Origin: Eledone cirrhosa
Lineage: Eukaryota
Direction: 5' to 3'
Assembly (NCBI GenBank): GCA_964016885.1
Contig: OZ024742.1
Location: 272,924,001-272,988,000 of the forward strand
DNA: 64,000 nucleotides
Positions 17,171-29,429 of the stretch are shown here, in pieces. Made by a program: the position numbers and the translations under genes. Every line of letters starts with the position of its first letter. Position 1 is the stretch's first letter. A model generated the notes under the pieces. It was not told the origin of the DNA and made no database searches. It saw only the letters and a list, made by a program, of their open reading frames with translations.

Positions 17171-17350
17171 TAGATTGGCAGTCTCGGTAGAGCGTTAGAC
17201 ACCATGCTTTGCAGCATAGAGTTATGACGCCTTTACGATCTGAATTCAAATCCGTACGGGGTCGATAAAATAAAGTACCAGTAATTACACTGGAATAATT
17301 ACTGGCCTTGTGCTAAAAGTAGAAACAATTATTATTATTATTATTATTGG
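17171..17350 (+). mobile_element. tRNA-derived SINE, same family as 9418-9612, internally deleted, (ATT)n tail
   Basis: tggcagtctcggtagagcg..gaattcaaatcc..ggggtcgataaaataaagtaccag..ggccttgtgctaaaagtagaaacaattattatt. Confidence 0.8.
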
Positions 17351-17704
17351 TCGTTGAAGCGAATGGACGTACTATCCTGAAATCATAAGTTTGTTTTTTT
17401 CTACGGATTGAAATACGTTTGTCATTAATATTTTTGTTTCAAACGGGAAATAGGACTTTATTCTTTACCCCAAGAAAGGACTCCCCATAATATTTGTGCC
17501 TTTTGGTCCAAATATTTAAACTTTGTGTGTTTAAAAGAAAGTTTTTATAAAAGAAAATTATGCCGGAGGCACGGCCGGCAGAAAATATTTGACTTTGCTG
17601 TCTTGCGACAGCGAGTCAAACTTTGATATTAATAACGCTTCCCTCCCGCAACAATTTAAAAATGTAACAACCAATAAGGCAATATCGCCTACACCAGCAA
17701 CCAC

Positions 17705-18160
17705 AATAGTTAGAACAAAAATGACACAAGCAGCAACAGCGACACTACCAAAAACAGGAGATCAGAGAAAAAGTCTGGCATATTTACATATTTACGTAAA
17801 GCTCGTAGAGCAGACCATCCAAACCGCGTTTACTTGCGCCTCTTGCAGCCGACAAGGACATCCTGAATCTCGGCTGAAGTAATCGGCCTTTCACAGCTCT
17901 CAGCATCGCCAGAGACGGGGGCGGACTTCAGTCCCTACATCGATGGCCTGCCGCAACTCTCGACGGCCGACGCTGAGCGCTGCGAAAGACCGATTACTTC
18001 AGCCGAGATTCAGGATGCCCTTGTCGGCTGCAAGAAGCGCACGTAAACGCGGTTTGGATGGTCTGCTCTACGTGCTTTACGTAAATATGCCAGACTTTTT
18101 CTCCGATCTCCTGTTTTTGGTAGTGTCGCTTTTGCTGCTGTTATGATTTTTGTTCTCATT
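17705..18160. repeat. ~200 bp inverted repeat at the 5' junction of a LINE copy
   Basis: ~17705-17905 is the reverse complement of ~17972-18160, including non-LINE flank. Confidence 0.85.
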
Positions 18161-19455
18161 ATAATCACCCGGTTTGGATGGTCTGCTCTACGAGCTTTAC
18201 GTAAATATGCCAGACTTGTTTTCCGCGATTCTCGACGCGCTCTACTACCACTGGCAGCAGAACGGGAGTATTCCCAGTTCTGTGAGCTGGTGCGTAGTGA
18301 CCCTGATAAGGACATACGAGAACAAGAGGGACACATTAGACAATTTCAGGCCCTTAGATTTGCTCAAGACAGAGTTTAAGATTTTGGCCAATGTGTTAGC
18401 GAAGAGGTTGACGCATGTCGTCGAGCATTTGTTAGGGGAGGCGCAAACATGCGCAATCCCAATCAGGTCCATACACGACAACTTCCCCTTGTTGTGATAC
18501 ATCATGGAGAGGGTTGGGTGCAAATCTTTCTTCGGTGGGGCTCTGATCAATTTAGATATATCGAAAGCATTCGATTGGGTCGACCATCGGTACCTGGAGG
18601 CTGTCGTCAAGGAAACTGTTTTCGGCTCCGTCTTCAGAAGCTGGATCGCTGCAATGCACAGCGGCATCTGCTCCGTGGTTAAAGTTAACGATCACTTTTC
18701 GGAACCGTTTCAGATCTTCCCATCAATCCGTGAAAGGGTGCCCTCTCTCCTCCCTCCTGTAAGTATTGATTCTCGAGCCTTTACTGCGGAAGCTGGAGCT
18801 GATGCAGCTCATTCTGCTTGGAACGGGAGGCGGAAATGCTTTGTCGGCTTAAGCGGACGACATCACCGTGATGGTTTCGGACAACTCAGAAATCACGGTA
18901 GTAGGCAGCTTATTGGAGGAATATAAAAGCTTGACAGGAGCAAAACTTAAACCGGAAAAGTCGGTGGGCTAGCAGTTCGGCACCTAGAGAGGCAGTCCAT
19001 GCCGTCCAACAGCTTCGTTGGGCGCTGGACGGACGGAGCGGTAAAGTTGCTCCAGGTGGATAAGAATTGTGACGAGGTGACGGGGAACGAGGAACGATTC
19101 GTCTTCAAATTCAAATGTGTAGGGATCACGTTCCGTTTGTGAGGCGGTCCATCTGCTGCCAGCACCCTCTACGTGGTGTGCTGGGCATGCCGTTGCTAAT
19201 AATGCGGAGGCACGCGCTGAGGCTGCGGCTTCTCCAGATATTCTGCCTAAACGGTGGACAGGTGTGGTCTCCGTTTGTCAGACGGGCCTTTTCGCAGCTC
19301 GTCTCTTTGACTGAGCTGCAGTACTGGGTAAAGAAGAGACCGAAACTGAGTGACTGGCATCCGGAATGTTGCCAGACACGCACTTCCCTCTAGCAGACGG
19401 GCAATGCAATAAGTATAACTTCCACTCTCGAGTTCTATATAGGATTAGTGGTGGA
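17910..19455 (+). mobile_element. Tx1/L1-like LINE fragment (RT region)
   Basis: GLDGLLYELY, NFRPLDLLKTEFKILANVLAKRL, LINLDISKAFDWVDH. Confidence 0.85.
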
Positions 19456-19459
19456 CAAG

Positions 19460-21825
19460 TGCGTGCCGGAGGGGGTATGGACCTCGGTGCATATCTCGAT
19501 GGACTGCCGCCCAGTGCTCCGAAGTCCCGACAACAGCAGGTGAACTACGGGAAGCTATGTCTGACTGACTGCACGAGGGGTAAATCGCCATGTTTGGATG
19601 GTCTGCCATACGAGTTTTATGCTTATATGCCAGCTTGTTCGGCGACCCCTTGTCTACTACAACAAGCAGCAGAACGGGAGCATTCCCATTTCTGTGAGCC
19701 GGGGAGCGGTGGTGCTGCTGAGAAAAGACCCAAACAAGACAACTTCAGACCCATACAAAACAACTTCAGACCCATTTACTGCTGTACACAAAGTTTAAGA
19801 TTTTGGCCAAGGTGTTAGCAAAGACATTTGCGCTTGTCGTCGGTGATCTGATGGGACCATACCGGACGGATCCATCCACGACAACCTCCATCTCATGTGA
19901 TACATCATAGAGAGGATGGTTAAGGAACCTGGCACGGGTGGGGCCCTCATCAACTTGGATCAATCTACAGCATTTGATAGGGTCAACCATCGGCACCTGG
20001 CTGCGCTTCTCGAGGCGGCCGGCTTCTGGCCCGTCTTCAGGGGCAGGATCGCTGCAATGCACAGCGTCATCTGCTCGATTGTGAGGGTGAATGGTCACCT
20101 GTGCCAACCTTTCAGCATCATGGGCTCGTTCCACCAGGGTTGTCCCCTATCGTCCCTCTTGTACGTACTGACCCTCGAGCCGTTACTGCACAAGTTGGAG
20201 GGGATGTGGGGGGTCTCACGCTAACTGAGATGCGTGAGATCCGTGTCAGCGTGGTGGTGTCGAGTACCAAACACGTCCAGAAGCTCGGCACCGCTCTCAA
20301 GGAATACGAAGCGGTGACGGGAGCAAAAATAAACCAGGAAAAGTCGGTGGTCTTGCAACTCGGCACCTGGAGAGGCAAGTCCATTCCGCCTTACACGTCA
20401 CGGGGCGCTGGACAGAAGGACCCGTTAAATTGCTCGGGGTCTGATTTAGTCCGGACCTCCAGATGGAGAAAGATTGGAGCGAGGTGACGAGCAGGGTGGC
20501 CTCTCTCACCGAGAAAGAGGCCGAGAGGAGGTTGTCGCTGAAAAGTCGGGCGGAGGTAGCGAATGCGTACATCGCGTCCGACATCTAGTATTGCCTGACC
20601 GTCCTACCTTTCCCCCGCCCAACTCTGACCAAAATGGAGCGCCATCTCTTCCGCTTTTTGTGGAAGGGATGTGCTCCCACGGTCAGACGATCCATTTGCT
20701 GACAACACACGTTGCGTGGAGGACTAGGCATGTCGTGGCTGATGTTGCGCAAACGTGCGCTGAGGCTGCGACATCTCTGGTGCTTCCTTGACGGTGAACA
20801 AGTGTGGTCGCCGTTTGACAGATGGGCTTTTTCCCAGCTCGTCTCATTGACGAAGCTGCAGTCCTGGATCAGGAAAAGACCGAAAGTTAGCGCTTGGAAG
20901 CTGGAATGTCTCCAACCGCTTACTGCCCTCTACCAGCTGAGCACTAGTATCGGTGGAACATCCACCTCGGCGTTTTATAGAGGGTTAGTGGAGGGAAAGA
21001 GCGAGGACGTTGTTGGGGAGACCCTGGGCGTCGAAGACGATCAGATGTACGCTCTCTACAAGAGAACTTTCAGACCGGGGCTTATGCACAACTTCCACCA
21101 GAAATCCCTGGCCAGGCAGTGCTAACGGGGAGCGTCGCCGGTTCGGGATAAGCTCTACAGGCACGGGGGTGCTGTAAGCCGAGCCTGCCCGAGATGTGCA
21201 CAGGATGACGGAACCGTCATGCACGCACTCGTTCAGTGCGCGAGGGTTGCTGACTTGCGGAACTATGTCGAACAGCTGCTGTCGAGTGTAGGATGGGTCT
21301 AGTAATTGACTGAGTCCATTGTGCAGATAGCCCCGCCATCCTCCTTCAAAGAGGAGGAAGGGCAAGCAGTTGTCATATGCTTGGTGGCCAATGCATAAGA
21401 GATTGTGTGGTTTACAAGGTTGAAAGGATTGTAGGCGGACACTTCCCTCTCCGGCCAATCCCTGATTATCTTGTTCAAGTTTCACTTGAAGAGGAAAATC
21501 AGCCTACAGTGGCAAATGCTGTCTTCTAGTAAGGTGAAAGTTGTCTGAAAGTGTCTGAAAGGTGTCTGAAAGGTGTCTGAAAGTGGCATGTCTGGTCCGA
21601 GAGAACGGAGCCGCTCTAAGAATTAGAAGTGGAAAACTGAAAGAGGGCGCTTGCCCTCGAGTTCAGGGTGGCTGTGATCTTTTTGTGTGGTTTTCCGCCA
21701 CGAGAGATCCTCGGAGACTTCCGACTTTTCAGGGAATTTTTGTTGTTTTGATGCCAATCCTGATTTCTATATTGTTATAACCTGTTTACACGACCAAAAC
21801 CCACTTTGTATCGTCCTGGACTAAT
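19460..21825 (+). mobile_element. Tx1/L1-like LINE fragment (RT to 3' end)
   Basis: KSPCLDGLPYEFY, LINLDQSTAFDRVNH, HQGCPLSSLLY, RGGLGM, CPRCAQDDGTVMHALVQC, 3' UTR. Confidence 0.85.
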
Positions 21826-23530
21826 CTTCTTTAACCATCCTTGGAAACTCTTTGACATAGTACCTAGTGCGCCTATGACAATCGGGACGACCTTGATTTC
21901 ATGTCAGTTCCAAATCCTTTTTAACTCCCACTTTAAGTCTTGGTATTTGTTAATTTTATCCCTCTCGTTTTCTTGTACTCTCGTGTAAAATGGGCAGGCT
22001 ACATCTACAATCAGGCACGATCTATTTTCCTTGTCCAAAACCACCAGGTCAAGCATATTGTGTTCTAATTTCTCATCTGTCTGTATCCTAAAATCCCATA
22101 GCACCTTCACCTGATCGTTTTCCATCACCGACTCTGGCTTATGCTGATAGCACTTCTCAGGATTTGGTAAATGTTTTACTTTGCATAGATGCCAGTGGAT
22201 CTACATGACTATCACATCATGCCTCCAGCCATTATATTGAGTCTGGGCTTAAGATCGTCAATGAAGAGGAGGTGGTTGATGGAAACCTCTCCTTTTCCCA
22301 ACTTGTATCCTGCTCCCAGATTTCGCAATGTAATGGTCAGAGGTATCAGGCCAAGGACAAACGGAAGATACCTCTCTTGATCTTCATGCCTCCCAAAGAT
22401 TATTCACCCGATGTTAACTCCGTTTCCCAGGACTTCATACGTTTGCTCAACAACTGTCTGGTGTTATCTGCCACCCTGAAGATCTCTAGCCTTTTGGTTA
22501 TCCAAGAATGAGGTACCATGTCGAATGCGTTTTTGTAATCTATCCATCCCATAGAAAGACCAGTGTTCCTCCTCTTGCAATTCCTTATTACCATCTTATC
22601 AATAAGTAAATGGTCTTTTGTACCACGGGACTTTTTCGGCATCCTTTCCATTCATCCGGTAACAAGTTGTTTATGTGGAGGTGCTGGTAGATTTCCTCAG
22701 ACACAATACTTGTTAATAGTTTCTACATTACGGACAGTCATGTGATAGGCCTATAGTTGGTAACATCATTACCCTTGATTCGGTCTTTCATTACCAGAAC
22801 TGTGGTACCTTTTGTCAACCACTTTGGTACTTCACTCGACATCAAACAGTCATTGAACATGGTTGCCAGTTTCGGGTGGAGGGATGTTATATTTTTAATC
22901 CAATACCCCTGCACACCATCTGGGCCTGGTGATTTCCAGTTGGTTAGTTTTTTGGCCTGCCCTTTAAGAGTTTCAACTGTGATACTCAAATCAGATTGTT
23001 GGTGTGCTTGTCCACTAATCTCCTTTTGAACTGTTTCAATTCACACTGCCTGACTATTATTTTCAACATCATGCTCCCATATTCCTCTCCAGAATGTCTT
23101 AGTCTGTTCCGCCTCAGGGATAACGTCATTGCCTCTTTCTTTCCCTTCAAGTTGTTCAAACAACATCTTCTGGTTGTTATCAAACATGCGATTCTGTCTA
23201 TACTGACTAACTCTGTTCTCATACCGCCTAATCTTTGCACTTTTTGCAACAATGCGTTGCTTCAGTTCCTCTATGATAATATTTAGCATTTTCCCCCTAG
23301 TTTTGTATTTTATTTTCAATCTAACTTTAGTGTCTTGTTTTGTAATTTCCCATTCAGTAATGTCCCATTCAGTAAGGACTCAAGCTTTCCGATGTATTTT
23401 CTCATTTCCTTGATTTGACCATTCAGTCGTATCTTCCATTAAGTTTCTGATCTTTCCTATTCGTTGTTTCATCTCGTTTGCATGCCAAGTAATTCCATCA
23501 CCTCATTTGTGGTTGCTTTGAGGATATTCT
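21826..23530 (-). mobile_element. R4/Dong-clade RLE retrotransposon, decayed, internally deleted
   Basis: [96 protein letters not shown]. Confidence 0.85.
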
Positions 23531-23534
23531 TCAT

Positions 23535-26500
23535 TGGTGAAGTTCCCGCTCTTTAGTGTTAGTGGGCGACTGGAACGGTATCCTTCGATGCACGCTGTGA
23601 TTTTTTGGGGCTAGGAGATAGGCGAGGAGGGTGCAAGAGCTTCACCAACCTACTCAGACGTTTGAACTGTCTGACAGGTATCAAGCGGATCACCCGAATG
23701 TGGCAATGTGGATATAGACAAACCGCATCGGGTCATCCATATCGTATCTAGAAAGGGTATTCTGCAGAGAACTAGATAAGGCTAGTACAGGTTGTCCACA
23801 ATTTAAAATAGTCGACTACACAGTCCACAAATTTGGGATCTATGAGATCGACATAGACAGATTTCATAGACAAGGACCTAGTTTTTCGGAGCTAAACGCG
23901 TCTTACCCGGCGTGCACAGCCTACAGAGACAGGATTAGTGTATTAGTTAAGCGGGCGTTGACTAGAGCGGTTGTCAACAACAGGTGGTGCTTTGCCCTGA
24001 AAAGAGGAATTAAAGTAGAGTCGATTAGGTTTAACAAAGGAGTAGCGATAAAGGAAAATAGAGTAGAGGGAGAGCTAGTTAGAAAGCTAGAAGAGGAATT
24101 TAGGACAGGCATCGAAACCGACGTGCTTGCGGCGAGATTGGCACTCGACCAATTCATCAACGCAAAATACGAAGGTTGCGTTTTCAGAGCTAGAGCGCGT
24201 GCTCGAAACACGAGGGGACGAAAGCCGTCCAATGGGCCCGGGTGGCAGAGGCGCGACGTGGCAACGAGGCGACTATTCGGTCTTTTCCTGACAAAAACGG
24301 GTGCGTATTGCTCGAATCCGAGCAGATGTGTGAGGCTTGTCAGCAACACTTTGCTGAACTGTTCGTGAGCGGTGGCGGGCCGGATCGGTGTATGGACAGC
24401 AGTGCATACCTCGACGGACTGCCTCGGCTACTGAAGACCGAAGCACAGTGTTGCGAAAAGCCAATAACCCGAGGGGTAAATCGCCAGGTTTGGATGATCT
24501 GCGCTACGAACTTTATGCATTTATGCCAGACTTGTTCGGTGACCTCTTGGCAGACGTCTAGTGCAACTGACTGCAGAATTTTGAGCATTCCCAGTTTTGT
24601 GAGGCGGGGCGCGTTTGGCACTGCTGAGAAAAGACCGGACAAGGGGGATATTATCGATAACTTCAGGCCCATAACCCTGCTAAACGTAGAGTTCAAGATT
24701 TTGGCCTAGGTGTTAACAACGAGATTGGCGCTTGTCGTCGAGAGCGTGGTGGGAGAGGCGCAGTCATGCGCCATTCCGGACAGATACATACACGACAACC
24801 TCCACCTCATGCGTTACATCATATAGAGGGTTGTTAAGGAGCCTGGCACGGGTAGGACCCTAATCAACTTGGATCAATCAAAAGTATTCGATAGGGTCGA
24901 CCATCGGTACCTGGCAGCGGTCTCGAGGCAGCCGGTTTCTTGGCCGTTTTCAGGGGTTGGATGGCTGCGATGTACAGCGATATCTGCTAAGTTGTGAGGG
25001 TAAACGATCACCTGTCGCAGCCGTTCTGCATCATGCGCTCGGTCCGCCAGCGTTGTCCCCTCTCGTCCCTCTTGTACATATTGACTCTCGAGACGTTACT
25101 GCATAAACTGGGGTCGATTAGGGGCGAACTAGGATGCGCTAAATTCGAGACGGCTTACGGCCACGACGTCACCGTGGTTGTCTCGAGCACCAGACACGCC
25201 CAGATGCTCAGCACCGCTCTCAAGAAATAGGAAGCGGTGACAGGAGCAAAGATAAACCATCAAAATCGGTAGGCTTGCAGATCGGCACCTGGAGAGGCAA
25301 GTCCATGTCGTCCGACAGCGTCGAGGAGCGTTAGACGGACGGACCGGTTATATTGCTCGGGGTCTGGTTCGGATCAGACCTCCAGATGGAGAAAATTGGA
25401 GCGAGGTGACGAGCAAGGTGGCCTCCTTCACCCAGAAATGTGTCGAGAGGAAGCTGTCCCTGAAAGACCGGGCGGAGGTGGCGAATGCGTACATGGCATC
25501 CGGCATCTGCTACCACCTCACCGTCGTCCCTTGCACGGGCCCAACTCTCACCAAAATGGAGCCCCTCCTCTTCCGCTTTTTCTAGAAGGGACGCGCTCCC
25601 ATGGTCAGACGATCCATCTGCTGTTATCAACCGTTGCGTAGAGGACTGAGCATGCCATGGCTGATGATGTGCAAATATGCGCTGAGGCTGCGATATCTCT
25701 GGTGCTTCCTGGACGGTGAACAGTGTGGTCGCCGTTCGCTAGGTACGTTTTCCCACAGCTCGTCTCCTTGACAGAGCTGCAGTCCTGGGTCAGGAAAAGT
25801 CCAAGAGAATGCGTTTGGAAACTGGAATGTCTCCAGGCGCTTACTGCCCTCTGCCAGCTGGGCACCAGTATCGGTAGAACATCCACCGCGGCGTTCTATA
25901 GAATACTAGTGGAGGAGAAGAGCGACGACGTACTCGAAGAGATCCTGGGCGTCGAAGAAGATCAGATGTTTGCTCTATTCCGGAAAACTTTCATCCCAGG
26001 GCCTATGGATAAATTCCAAAAATCCCTGGCCTGGCAGTGCTACCGGGGAGCTCTGCCGGTTCGAGATAAGCTCTACAGGCTCGGAAGTGCCGTCAACCGA
26101 GCCTGTCTGAGATGCGCGAAGAGCGACGAAGCCGTCGTGCACGCACTCGTTCAGTGCTGGAGGATTGCTGACTTGTGGAGCTATGTCGAACAGTTGCTGT
26201 CGCGTGTATAACTGATCCGGTTATCGACTAAGTCCATTGTGCAGATGGACTCGCCGTCTTCCTTCGAGGAGGAAGGGAGGGGTTTTTTCATCTGCCTGGT
26301 GGGCATGGCGAAAGTGATTGTATGGTGGACAAGGTTGAAAGGGTTAAAGACAGACACTTTCCTCTTCGGCGAATCCCTAATTAACTTTTTCAAGTATCTC
26401 TTGAAGAGGAAAATCAGAATGGAGAGGCAAGTGCTGCTTCTAGAAAGTTTGTTGAAAGGTGGGTGAACGTAGCGAGAATGGTCCGAGTGAACGGGACCGC

Positions 26501-26655
26501 TCTGAATATACGCCTGTAGTTTGAGAAATGCAAAAATTGAGAAAAATTGCCAGGGGGCCGTGGTCTTTTGTGTGGTTTTCGCCACGAGTAACCTTCGGAG
26601 GTTTCCCCGCTATTTGGGAATTTTTCATTGTTTCAATTTTCATATTTATTGTTTA
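23535..26655 (+). mobile_element. Tx1/L1-like LINE ORF2 (partial APE, RT, CCHC, 3' UTR), decayed
   Basis: LVLVGDWNG, NFRPITLLNVEFKILA, DQSKVFDRVDH, SVRQRCPLSSLLY, CLRCAKSDEAVVHALVQC. Confidence 0.85.
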
Positions 26656-26659
26656 TATA

Positions 26660-27627
26660 TCTACTTATATATATAACCAGCAATTTCTCTGTCTGTCTGT
26701 CCGACAGTGGAAACACGTGCGTAGAGAGAGAGTGAGAGTGAAAGAAAGAGGCAGACTACCAGATGGGGATAGCGGGAGAGAGAAATGGAGAGAGAGAGAG
26801 TGAATAGACGCTAAAACACGTGCTACAGAAATATTACCTTCTCCTTCCTTTATATAAATATTACCTTCCCCTCTCCACTGACTTTGGTCACTGCGACTGA
26901 GGGAATCGCTGGTTGCTATAGAGACACCTTGCACAAGCCAGAAGTAACCAGTTCGAGACGGTTCTGACTTGACACCATGCAAAGAAGGTTGCCATTGAAT
27001 TTGTGGTTTGAAGAAGGTTGCCATTGAATTTGTGGTTGTTGCTGCTGATAATAAGGACCATTTGAAGAAGGTTGCTGCTGATAAGGTAATGTATTAATCA
27101 GATTGCGCAGTCCCATAACCTACGGTTGATTTGTTCAATTTTTTTCTTCAATTTTTGTTGTTGTTTTTTTTTTTATTTCTTATTGAAAACATATAAATAA
27201 TAAAATAAGGTTAGAAATTTAAATAAAATTAAATACGATTTAATTTCCATTTCCAGCAGCCAATGTCCAGTGTTGAATTTCATGAAAAAATTGGAAATAA
27301 TAAAAAAAATTGAAGTTTAACTTTTGAACATTTGTTTTGACAATAAACAAATATTTCCTTATTCACACCTAATGGTATGATTAAAATTTCATAGGAATAT
27401 TTTTTTCTGACCACCAGTTATTTATTTTCTCCTTTTTCGTTTTAACATATATTTATTTCAAAGATTTCACCGTATAGATAACATATAGATTTATACATAC
27501 ATAAAAGACACACCGAGAGACGGTGAACATGTGGTGCCGAAAACATTTCTCATCCAAATCTCAACAATATCAGTATATACACTAGATTTGCTAGCAGAAA
27601 ACCGCCCACCGGGTGGTTTTCTGCTAG
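26660..27627 (+). mobile_element. Non-autonomous Helitron
   Basis: 5' A|TC tctacttatatatataa..tgtctgtctgtc; 3' GC-rich hairpin 27591-27627 ending CTAG|T; internal 29-bp tandem repeats at ~26980-27075. Confidence 0.7.
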
Positions 27628-29410
27628 TCTCTCTATATATAAAACCGTAGATGTCTGTCTGTGTGTGTGTATGGTTTTTATGCATTTCCTCATTTCTCTA
27701 CCGATTTCGATGAGTTTTTTTCCAATGTACTCCAAATTTACTCCAAATTTACCAGGCCAAATTTACCAAATGTGCTCCAAATTTACCAGGGCAGGTCAAA
27801 AATGTTCTGCTTCTATGAAAAAAATCACTAAAACTAAATACATGCTGTAACCCTCTCTCTTACACGCTTCATTCCTCTCACTACTCCGCTCTCAATCTTC
27901 TCAGCAACTCTCTTTAAAAGGTTCATCACTCTCTGTACTCCCCCTCAATCTCCTCTGCAACTCTCTTTAAAAGGTTACTGCCTCCGTCTACTACTCTATG
28001 ACCATTACAATTTAGAACAACGACATAATTCTTTTTAAGGAACGCGACACAAACTTTGAAACCTAAGCAACAAAACAACCATAGCTTTACTCTCTCCGTC
28101 ACTCTTCCCGGTCTCTACAATAGATTATTCACCCTCTCTATAATTTAACTGCTTTACTCTCTTCATGCTTCGAGGTTTAACACTAGCTTCACCCTATCCG
28201 TCGCTCTTCTCTCTGTATATCATAGATTATTCACCCTATTCGTTCGGAAACGCGAAAGAAACTTTGATAACTAAGCAACACATCATTTTATACAACAACA
28301 AACAGTCATAACGACACTCATACATCAAATATCAAAATTTAAAAAGCCGATAACACTAAATACATACTGCTCTCTCAACGTTGCATTTTACACACTTACA
28401 TTTTACATCAAATAACAAATATTCAGAAGCAACAGATGAATTTATAAAACAACAAACTCTCTGTCGCTCTTCACTCCCTGTATGACAACACTGCAGAGAG
28501 AGAAACAATGTATATGATCAAATGGAGCGTTCCATATATTCTCCCTCTCTATAATTTAACTGCTTTACTGCTTTATTGCGCAAACAATTGTGCACTCCCA
28601 GGTTTCATCCTACTTTATATGGTCGAAAAACACATGGGTGCGAAGAAAGTCAGGTCAGGCTGATGAAAGACATTCTGGTGTAAAATTTGACAGCTGTTGA
28701 TGGAGAAATATGTGTTACGTACCGGGAAGCCTGCTTTAAGCGTGGTCTTTTGGAAGATGATTCGCAATGGGATTCCACTTTAGCAGAGGGTGCTTTGTTG
28801 AAATCACCTAAAGGTCTACGGGAACTCTTTGCTATTTTCTTTCAAAAGTGTGAATTGGGTGATCCTAAATCTGTATGGGTCAAGTACAGAGACTTCATGT
28901 CTGAGGACTTCCTGCGCCTGGCTCATCTGCAGTATACTTCAGTGGAAGTTGGTTACAGCGACATTATCTACAACAGGGCACTCATTGATATCGAGGACGC
29001 CCTCCTCGATATGGGTGCGAGTGAGTTGGCGACGTATGGCTTGCCGTCAACCGTCAGAGAGGAAGCTAACACGTTGGCCCCGGATTTGTTGCGGGAAACA
29101 GAATATGACATCGAATCTCTTTCCCAATACTTAGAGGAAAATTAACCCAAACTTCTGTCGGACCAAAGTTTGGCCTATTTAACTATCATTGACGCGGTTC
29201 AAAATCAGACTGGGGGTATTTACTTTCTCGATGCTCCTGGGGGTACCGGAAAAACTTGTGTAACGAAATTGATTCTCGCTAAGATTCTTCAGGAGAAAAA
29301 CATTGCGTTGGCCATTGCATCATCCGGGATCGCTGCTACTTTGCTGCCGGGAGGCAGGACAGCACATTCAAACTTTAAACTCCCCTTGGATTTAGTAAAA
29401 ACTGAGACAA
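27628..29410 (+). mobile_element. Helitron with Rep/PIF1-helicase fragment, 3'-truncated
   Basis: 5' TC tctctctatatataaaa..gtctgtctgtg; ORFs 28687-29145 (TYREAC..GLLEDD..W..LRELF) and 29170-29430 (FLDAPGGTGKT, ASSGIAATLLPGGRTAHS.FKLPL). Confidence 0.85.
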
Positions 29411-29429
29411 AGATGGCAGCCTCTGTATA

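Noticed and set aside
21535-21585. Short local tandem duplications (11-bp unit here; 27-bp unit at ~60363-60416; ~20-bp unit at ~19738-19775)
   Set aside because: Ordinary slippage events within decayed TEs.
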